Assembly (NCBI GenBank): GCA_964391305.1
Contig: CAYMJO010000004.1
Coordinates: forward strand, 1-34,735
DNA length: 34,735 nucleotides
DNA from: an uncultured Candidatus Saccharibacteria bacterium
GTDB taxonomy: Bacteria > Patescibacteriota > CALEFQ01
Direction of reading: 5' to 3'
Position numbers and translations under genes: made by a program. Each line of letters starts with the position of its first letter. Positions within the stretch are counted from its first letter, which is position 1. Below the pieces are notes generated by a model. The model worked only from the letters and a program-made list of their open reading frames with translations. It searched no databases and had not been told where the DNA came from. Shown in pieces: positions 1 to 6,473 of this stretch.

Positions 1-648
1 GGCCCGGAAGTTGCCGTCGCGTCAAGCAAAGCTTTTGTATCACAGGTTTGTGTTTTTGCGCTTTTGACTTTGTTTTTGGGACGTCAGCGGGATATGTCTT
101 TTGATGAAGGTCGTGAAATCGCGCGAGCTCTTAAAAAAATACCGGATCAGATCAGGAAAATTTTGAACCAAAATAATAAAATAAAAAAGATCGCGAGAAA
201 ATATTCGAAATACAAAAATTTTCTGTATCTTGGCAGGAAATATAATTTTCCAATGGCTTTTGAGGGAGCTTTGAAGCTTAAGGAGATTTCTTATGTTCAC
301 GCGGAGGGCTATGGCGCGGGCGAAATGAAACACGGCCCGCTTTCCATGATTGATAAAAATTTTCCATCAATTTGCATAGTGACGGATGACAGCGTGAGAG
401 AAAAAAATATAAGCAATATAAAAGAAATACAGGCCCGTTGGGGCCCGATATTGGCAGTTGCGAGCGAAGGGGATGATGGAATTAAGAAGCTTGTTGATGA
501 TGTTATGTTCATCCCTCGAACTATCGAGATGCTCGTGCCTATTCTCGCCGCGATTCCGCTCCAGCTTTTCGCTTATCATCTTGCGGTGAGCCTTGGAAGA
601 AATGTCGATAAGCCTAGAAATCTTGCGAAGAGTGTTACGGTGGAATGA
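1..648 (+). CDS. glmS: glutamine--fructose-6-phosphate aminotransferase, C-terminal part (5' truncated by window edge)
   Basis: Frame open from base 1 (GPEVAVASSKAF); EGALKLKEISYVHAEGY, GEMKHGP and the terminal DKPRNLAKSVTVE are GlmS SIS-domain signatures. Confidence 0.97.
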   Translation, partial: GPEVAVASSKAFVSQVCVFALLTLFLGRQRDMSFDEGREIARALKKIPDQIRKILNQNNKIKKIARKYSKYKNFLYLGRKYNFPMAFEGALKLKEISYVHAEGYGAGEMKHGPLSMIDKNFPSICIVTDDSVREKNISNIKEIQARWGPILAVASEGDDGIKKLVDDVMFIPRTIEMLVPILAAIPLQLFAYHLAVSLGRNVDKPRNLAKSVTVE

Positions 649-776
649 GTTTGAAGTGTTCCTCATAAGCTGTTTTTGGGCGAGGATCGCGCGCTTGCCT
701 TTTTGGGGAGTTTTATGTAAGTTTTTTTCAAGAAAATTTTTGAGTTATTGGCGCAGTTATAAGTTTTTTACTTCAA

Positions 777-1718
777 TCAAAGCTTTTTTATCAGGTCTTC
801 GAAACATGCCTTCAGTCCATCTTCAAATTTGACTTTTGGTTTCCAGAAGAGCATTTTCTCCGCTTTGCTCGTATCTGCAAGTGTGTCTTTAGGCTCGATT
901 ACGCCCGGACCGTGAATCGGCTTTATGTCTTTTTTACTAAGTTTTATGATCGCTTTTGTGACATCGTTTACCGAAATATTTCTTCCCGCGCCGATGTTGA
1001 AAATTTCTCCGAAGCATTCTTTTTTGTCGGTGTTTGCGGCGAGGAGATTTGCTTCGACGATATCTCCGACATACGTGAAGTCTCGCGTATGAGAGCCATC
1101 GCCGTTAATTGTCGGTCTTTTATCTTTTTTTATCAGCTTGATGAATTTCGGGATTAAAAGCGCGTATCCTCCTTCTGGATCCTGCTTTGGGCCGTACACA
1201 TTGAAATATCTGAAGCTGATTGTTGCCATCCCGTAAACTTTGTTGAAAATCTTGCAGTAATATTCGCCAACAAGCTTTTGCAGGCCATACGGTGATATTG
1301 GGTTTGGCATCATGTCTTCTTTGAGGGGCAATTTTTCCTGATCTCCATATGTTGATGAGCTTGACGAGAACACAAAACGCTTGACGCAGAATTTTTTGCC
1401 GTTGAGCAAGAGATTCAATGTGCCATTCACATTTACATTGTGAGTTTTTTTCGGATATTGTATTGAAAACTGGACTCTTGGAAGTGCCGCAAAGTGAAAA
1501 ACTTTGTCTATTTTTTCTTTTTCAAAAAGTTCTTCCAGATCATCACAGATGCTTTTTCTGTATATTTTAAGATTTTTGTTGTCTTTATGCTGTTCGAGAT
1601 TTTCTTCTTTGCCCGCCGAAAAATCATCGATTACAATGACTTTTTCGCCAAGCTCTATGAGTTTGTCGACCAAGTTGCTTCCTATGAATCCCGCGCCTCC
1701 AGTAACTAAGTTTGTCAT
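777..1718 (-). CDS. NAD-dependent NDP-sugar epimerase/dehydratase (extended SDR)
   Basis: TGGAGFIGS Rossmann motif, SSSSTYG, YGLQK (YxxxK), RYFNVYGP, RDFTYV. Start moved to ATG 1718 because the track's longer N-terminus runs through the tRNA. Confidence 0.92.
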   Translation of the reverse strand: MTNLVTGGAGFIGSNLVDKLIELGEKVIVIDDFSAGKEENLEQHKDNKNLKIYRKSICDDLEELFEKEKIDKVFHFAALPRVQFSIQYPKKTHNVNVNGTLNLLLNGKKFCVKRFVFSSSSSTYGDQEKLPLKEDMMPNPISPYGLQKLVGEYYCKIFNKVYGMATISFRYFNVYGPKQDPEGGYALLIPKFIKLIKKDKRPTINGDGSHTRDFTYVGDIVEANLLAANTDKKECFGEIFNIGAGRNISVNDVTKAIIKLSKKDIKPIHGPGVIEPKDTLADTSKAEKMLFWKPKVKFEDGLKACFEDLIKKL

Positions 1719-1730
1719 ATTGTTTTGTCT

Positions 1731-1817
1731 TGGTGCCGACGGTGGGAGTCGAACCCACATGGCCGTGAAGCCATGCGATTTTGAGTCGCACGCGTATACC
1801 AGTTCCGCCACGTCGGC
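1731..1817 (-). tRNA. tRNA-Leu (anticodon CAA), 87 nt, encoded CCA
   Basis: GCCGACG/CGTCGGC acceptor stem then A-CCA; TGCGA-CTCAAAA-TCGCA anticodon arm; long variable arm TGGC..GCCA; GTGGG-TTCGACT-CCCAC T arm. Confidence 0.97.
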
Positions 1818-1822
1818 TTAGC

Positions 1823-2056
1823 TTAGAAGTTTTTTAAGTATTCCTTTCCACATCCCGATTTTAGATATTTTTCTCTTTTTCTAGCTTCGATTCTCGAGTC
1901 ATATTTTTCAATCATTATGATTTGAAAGGGTCTATACGATTTAGTTGTCTTATTATATCCTTTATTATGTTGCTCAATTCGGCGCCTTGGGTTATCTGAT
2001 ATACCTACGTAGATGTAGACATTTTTTAGACTTTTGAGAGCATATACGTAGTACAT
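1823..2056 (-). CDS. stand-alone GIY-YIG nuclease family protein, 77 aa
   Basis: MYYVYALKS..YIYVGISDNPRRRIEQHN..G..TT..YRP..E..EARKREKYLKSG matches the small GIY-YIG pattern (Y, YxG, R, H, E). Confidence 0.9.
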   Translation of the reverse strand: MYYVYALKSLKNVYIYVGISDNPRRRIEQHNKGYNKTTKSYRPFQIIMIEKYDSRIEARKREKYLKSGCGKEYLKNF

Positions 2057-2069
2057 AGTGTTTTTACTT

Positions 2070-2134
2070 ATGCGATTTTGAGCCTGCCTGCCGGCAGGCA
2101 GGTCGCACGCGTATACCAGTTCCGCCACGTCGGC
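2070..2134 (-). pseudogene. duplicated 5' half of tRNA-Leu(CAA) with a 20-bp palindromic insertion in the anticodon arm
   Basis: 2070-2140 is identical to 1773-1823 except for CCTGCCTGCCGGCAGGCAGG at 2083-2102; no variable arm, T arm or 3' acceptor strand. Confidence 0.92.
2083..2102. repeat. perfect 20-bp GC-rich palindrome CCTGCCTGCCGGCAGGCAGG (REP-like)
   Basis: Equals its own reverse complement; absent from the intact tRNA copy. Confidence 0.95.
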
Positions 2135-2227
2135 TTAGCTGCCTTTGAATATTTTTTATAAAGATTTTGACTAGAACCACATTGGGTTCTGGGCAACAAG
2201 CCTTTTTGTTTTGCCCAATCTGCGTCT

Positions 2228-2278
2228 ATTATAATTGGCAAAAGTCCACTTGTCAATTTGAGAAAATCGGGATATACT
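2228..2278. promoter_or_regulatory. divergent sigma70-type promoters with overlapping -35 boxes
   Basis: Minus strand TTGACA(2256-2251)-17-TATAAT(2233-2228) toward the tRNA/GIY-YIG unit; plus strand TTGTCA(2250-2255)-17-TATACT(2273-2278) toward parA. Confidence 0.75.
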
Positions 2279-2365
2279 ACTGTGGTAATATCAAATTACA
2301 AAATCCAAATGTCAAATTACAAATGTTAATGGTTTGACATTAAGAATTTGTCATTTATAGTAAAC

Positions 2366-3130
2366 ATGGCTCGAGTAATCTCGTTGGTAAACCAAAAAGG
2401 CGGAGTGGGGAAAACCACGACTGCTTTAAATCTTGCGGCTTATCTTGCGGAAGAAGGCAAGTATGTCTTGGTCGTGGATATGGATCCGCAGGGAAATGCG
2501 ACGAGTGGAATTGGCATTATGCATGATCAGGTGAATTGCAGCGTTTACGATGTTTTTACGAAGGGGGTATCGATAAAGGATGTGATTTTGCCTACTAAAA
2601 TTGCCAATTTCAGCGTTGTGCCTTCAAATTTTTCGCTTGCCGCCGCGAGTGTTGAACTAGTCAACGTTGAAAATAGAGAAATGCTCTTACGCAATACGCT
2701 TCTTGACATCAGGAACAACTACGATTATATTCTTATTGATTGTCCGCCGAGTCTTGGTATTCTTACCGTCAATGCGCTTGTCGCGTCTGATGAAGTGCTG
2801 ATTCCGGTTCAGAGTGAGTACTATGCGCTTGAGGGACTCGGTCAGTTGATTTCCACAATTCAGCGGGTTCAGAAAAATTTGAATAGAGATTTACGGATAC
2901 TCGGCGCCGTTGTTACAATGCATGACAAAAGGACGAAACTTTCTCTGCAGGTTCTAAAAGAAATGACGCGCCATTTTCCGAACAGAGTTTTTGAGTCTGT
3001 GATCCCGCGCAATGTAAAACTTTCCGAAGCGCCAAGTCATGGATTGACCGTTAAGCAATACGAGCCATGGTCCAAAGGAGCGAGAGCGTACAAGAGACTC
3101 GCGGGTGAGATTTTGAAACAAGAACGATAA
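2366..3130 (+). CDS. parA: chromosome partitioning ATPase ParA/Soj
   Basis: NQKGGVGKTTT deviant Walker A, DMDPQGNATSG, IDCPPSLG, PVQSEYYALEG, IPRNVKLSEAPSHG; start taken at ATG 2366. Confidence 0.96.
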   Translation: MARVISLVNQKGGVGKTTTALNLAAYLAEEGKYVLVVDMDPQGNATSGIGIMHDQVNCSVYDVFTKGVSIKDVILPTKIANFSVVPSNFSLAAASVELVNVENREMLLRNTLLDIRNNYDYILIDCPPSLGILTVNALVASDEVLIPVQSEYYALEGLGQLISTIQRVQKNLNRDLRILGAVVTMHDKRTKLSLQVLKEMTRHFPNRVFESVIPRNVKLSEAPSHGLTVKQYEPWSKGARAYKRLAGEILKQER

Positions 3131-3175
3131 ATGTTCTATATCCGTTTTTTTTTTAACTGTTCTAATAGTAAGTTT

Positions 3176-4021
3176 ATGCCAAAACAAGTATTAGGGAGAG
3201 GATTGGAGGCTTTGATTCCGACAAAAAATATGGAGGATAGAGCCACAGATCATGCTGTGGTTATTAAAGGTATTTCCGAAATTCAGGTGGATAGAGTAAT
3301 ACCGAATCCCCATCAACCTCGGCGTCATTTTGACAAAGAAAAATTAAAAGAGCTTTCTGATTCCATAAAAAAACATGGCGTTTTGCAACCCCTTGTTGTT
3401 ACTAAATTTGGGGATGAATATGAGCTTATTGCCGGCGAGAGAAGACTTAAAGCCGCGAAGCTTGCCGGTCTTGCTTCAGTTCCTGCGGTTGTTAAGGAGG
3501 CAACGGAACAGGATAAACTCGAGCTCTCAATAGTTGAAAACGTCCAGCGTGATAACCTGAATTCCATCGAAGAAGCAAGGGCATATGCGAAGCTTATCGA
3601 TGAGTTCAATCTTACGCAGGAAGGCGTGTCTATGCGGGTGGGAAAGTCGAGAGAGGCGGTTGCTAACACGCTTCGTCTTTTAAATCTGCCCGAGCAAATT
3701 CAAGAGGCAATAATTAATAAAAAAATTTCGCATGGACATGCAAAAGCTATCTTGAGTTTGAGAAAGGAAAAGGACCAAATTTTACTCTTTAAAAAGATAA
3801 TTTCGGGAGGGATTAACGTTAGAGAAACTGAAGAGAAGGCGAGAGAGAAGAAGAGGACTTCTTTCAAAACAGATCCTTATCTTAAGGATGTTGAAGAACA
3901 GCTTCGGGAGACTCTTGGCACCAAAGTTTCGGTAAGAAAAAAAGGCAAGGGCGCAAAGGTTGCGATAGAATGTTACTCGAAGGAAGAATTATCAGAGATT
4001 GTGGAGAAGATAGTCAGTTAA
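3176..4021 (+). CDS. parB: chromosome partitioning protein ParB/Spo0J
   Basis: LGRGLEALI N-terminal peptide, PNPHQPR, IAGERRLKA, ENVQRDNL, HTH region VGKSREAVANTLRLL; start taken at ATG 3176. Confidence 0.96.
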   Translation: MPKQVLGRGLEALIPTKNMEDRATDHAVVIKGISEIQVDRVIPNPHQPRRHFDKEKLKELSDSIKKHGVLQPLVVTKFGDEYELIAGERRLKAAKLAGLASVPAVVKEATEQDKLELSIVENVQRDNLNSIEEARAYAKLIDEFNLTQEGVSMRVGKSREAVANTLRLLNLPEQIQEAIINKKISHGHAKAILSLRKEKDQILLFKKIISGGINVRETEEKAREKKRTSFKTDPYLKDVEEQLRETLGTKVSVRKKGKGAKVAIECYSKEELSEIVEKIVS

Positions 4022-4029
4022 GTGTTTAT

Positions 4030-4067
4030 AAAAAAACCTGCCTGGTTTTTGTAGGCAAGTTTTTTTT
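4030..4067. terminator. bidirectional intrinsic terminator between convergent parB and rel
   Basis: AAAAAAACCTGCCT...AGGCAAGTTTTTTTT hairpin with A and T tracts on either side. Confidence 0.7.
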
Positions 4068-4073
4068 GTTTTT

Positions 4074-6251
4074 TTAAACTTTTTTATTGGCTTTTACGAC
4101 GCCTTTGATTTTTCTGACTTTTCTCAAAGCCTCTTCAAGATTTTCGTCAGAGGTTGTTTCTATTGTTATAGCGGCGGTGAGTCTAGGATTATGAAGTTGC
4201 TTGTGCTTTATTACAAATGATATTATTCCTATGTTTTTGTCGGCGAACGTGCTAGCAATGTCTCTAAGCAATCCTGTCCGTCCATAACTTTCGAGAGCAA
4301 TGACATTTTGTTTTTGCTTCGCTTGATCTGAAATCCATTGAATATTTGGAATTAAGACCAGATTGTTTTTTTCTAAATTTGGACAAGTGGACTTGTGAAC
4401 GTTTATAATGTTCTTGTGAAGGATACTTTTGATTGGATTTCCTTCCTTTGGGCTGCAGCAACTGGCTATGTTGATTGGGATTTTTTTGTCTGCGATTATT
4501 GCAAAGTTTTCTCCAGTGGGGGAAATTTCAATTTTTTCTTCTAATTCTTTTCCTTCTTTGTGTCGGAAAATTAGATCGACAATTTGATGAGCCGTAATTT
4601 CTCCTCTTCCGATAGCTCCAAACATATCATCTATTGTTTCGTATGACAGCTTTTTTAGTATACTTTTGATTCGGTCTTTTGGTATTTTTCTGAGAGAAAT
4701 TTTTTTTCTTGATTCGAGGACGTTTTCCAGAGTATTTTTGCCGTATCTCATATTTTCGTTTTGTCCAGTTTGTCTAAACCATTCTTGTATTTTGTTTTTT
4801 GCATTGCTCGTTACTGCAAAGTTAAGCCATTTTTGTCTTGGCCCGTTTTGGATTTTGCTGGTTATGATTTTCACTATGTCTCCACTCTGTATTTTAGTAT
4901 TCAGAGGAACTAACTTATTGTTTATCTTTGCGCCGATACAGCTGTATCCGATATCTGTGTGGATCGTAAAAGCAAAATCTATGGGAGTTGATCCCGCGGG
5001 CAGATTGCGTACGTCTCCCTTGGGCGTAAGAACGACTATTCTATCTTTTAGGAATTCGGATTGTAAGTTTTTTAGGAAATCTTTTGGTTTTTCTATTTTT
5101 GTTTCCAGTGTCTTGATTTGTTTAATCCATGGCAGATTTTCGAAGGACGCTTTGCCGCGAGACATTCTCTTAAATGCCGTGAACCACCGCCATGTTCCGC
5201 TTGTCATCTTTTCTGCGGTGGAGCCCTTATAATCATAGTGCCAGTGTGCCGCGATGCCGTATTCTGCCTCTGCGTGCATTTTAGGCGTGCGTATCTGAAC
5301 TTCTACGATTTCATCTTCTATGTTGCTTATAATGGTTGTATGCAGGGACCTGTATCCATTGGATTTAGGCGTGGCGATATAGTCTCTTATTCTTCCCTGC
5401 AGTGGTTTCCAGCGGCTGTGAATAACTCCGAGAGTCTTGTAGCATTCTTCGATGTTTTCGACGACCACTCTAAGCGCTACAAGATCGTATATTCTAGTTA
5501 CATCCATATCGTAGCGCAACAATTTTCTATATAGGCTGTAGAGATGCTTGGCTCTTCCGTGGATATTTAGAAGCCTTACTTCTTTCTGGAACAATTCTTT
5601 TTTCAGGACCTTTTGCATTTTTTTGGTTATCCTGTGTCTTTCCTTATACGCTTTCGTCATGTGGTCCTTTATCCATTTGTATTCTTCGGGATACAGATAT
5701 GGGAATGCAAGATCTTCCAATGTTCCTTTGAATTCACTCATGCAGAGGCGTTCGGCTACGGGGGCGTATATTTCTATAGTCTCTCTTGCTATTCTGCGCT
5801 GATCTTGATGAGATTTTATCGCCAGACTTCGCATATTGTGCAGCCGATCGGCCAATTTTATAAGAACAACGCGTATATCTTCTGACATTGCGAGAAACAT
5901 GCGCCGTAGGTTTTCTATGGAGTATTCTTCTAGGTTTCCTTCAAATGTGATTTTATCTAGCTTTGTTACTCCTCTAACCAATTGTGCAATTTCCTTGCCG
6001 AATTTTTTTTCTATATCATCTGTTGTAACGGAAGTGTTTTCAATGACATCGTGAAGTATTCCTGCCGCTATTGTTTTTTGGTCCAAACGGAGCTCTTTCA
6101 AAATGTTTGCCACGGAAAGGGGATGAATAATAAAATCCTCACCTGTTTTCCTTTTTTCTCCCCTATGGACTTTTTTCGCAAATTCAAAGGCCTCTCTTAT
6201 AATTTTGAGTTCGTCATTGGGATTACTTTTTTTTATTATAAAATTTTTCAT
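4074..6251 (-). CDS. rel: long RelA/SpoT homolog, (p)ppGpp synthetase/hydrolase
   Basis: HD region (LHDVIEN, KLADRLHNMR); synthetase (GRAKHLYS, DLVALR, DYIATPKSNGYRSLHTT, EVQIRT, AEYGIAAHW); TGS (TPIDFAF.IHT); CC Zn motif; ACT domain. Confidence 0.94.
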   Translation of the reverse strand: MKNFIIKKSNPNDELKIIREAFEFAKKVHRGEKRKTGEDFIIHPLSVANILKELRLDQKTIAAGILHDVIENTSVTTDDIEKKFGKEIAQLVRGVTKLDKITFEGNLEEYSIENLRRMFLAMSEDIRVVLIKLADRLHNMRSLAIKSHQDQRRIARETIEIYAPVAERLCMSEFKGTLEDLAFPYLYPEEYKWIKDHMTKAYKERHRITKKMQKVLKKELFQKEVRLLNIHGRAKHLYSLYRKLLRYDMDVTRIYDLVALRVVVENIEECYKTLGVIHSRWKPLQGRIRDYIATPKSNGYRSLHTTIISNIEDEIVEVQIRTPKMHAEAEYGIAAHWHYDYKGSTAEKMTSGTWRWFTAFKRMSRGKASFENLPWIKQIKTLETKIEKPKDFLKNLQSEFLKDRIVVLTPKGDVRNLPAGSTPIDFAFTIHTDIGYSCIGAKINNKLVPLNTKIQSGDIVKIITSKIQNGPRQKWLNFAVTSNAKNKIQEWFRQTGQNENMRYGKNTLENVLESRKKISLRKIPKDRIKSILKKLSYETIDDMFGAIGRGEITAHQIVDLIFRHKEGKELEEKIEISPTGENFAIIADKKIPINIASCCSPKEGNPIKSILHKNIINVHKSTCPNLEKNNLVLIPNIQWISDQAKQKQNVIALESYGRTGLLRDIASTFADKNIGIISFVIKHKQLHNPRLTAAITIETTSDENLEEALRKVRKIKGVVKANKKV

Positions 6252-6473
6252 AGAACACGGCATTATACACCATATTGGTCTATATGTCTATATTAGCATG
6301 TATTTTTGTATAAAAAAATGCCCGAGATGCTTGTCTATCGATAGGCAGATCTGCCTATCAGCAGGCGGGCAATTCTGAAATTTTAAGCATCTCAATCATT
6401 TAAAAGCGGCATTGTATTTTGAAATGCTGTCATTTCACTATATAAATAATCATATGAAACTCAATTGACTTTG

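Noticed and set aside
433-447. GlmS ARWG instead of the usual ARGG
   Set aside because: A single-base difference at a position I cannot tie to catalysis; may be a variant or sequencing error
1719-2128. Shared N-terminal MAELVYACD extensions on the epimerase and GIY-YIG ORFs
   Set aside because: They are translations of the tRNA and its duplicate from a GTG inside the tRNA sequence; the family-typical starts are ATG 1718 and ATG 2056
1773-2140. Group I intron or split tRNA interpretation
   Set aside because: A complete tRNA follows downstream, and the ORF fills the interval, leaving no room for a ribozyme core
2287-2356. CRISPR array from the short repeats
   Set aside because: No constant repeat with unique spacers and no cas genes
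2348-4070. parS site near parAB
   Set aside because: No TGTTTCACGTGAAACA-like palindrome found by eye
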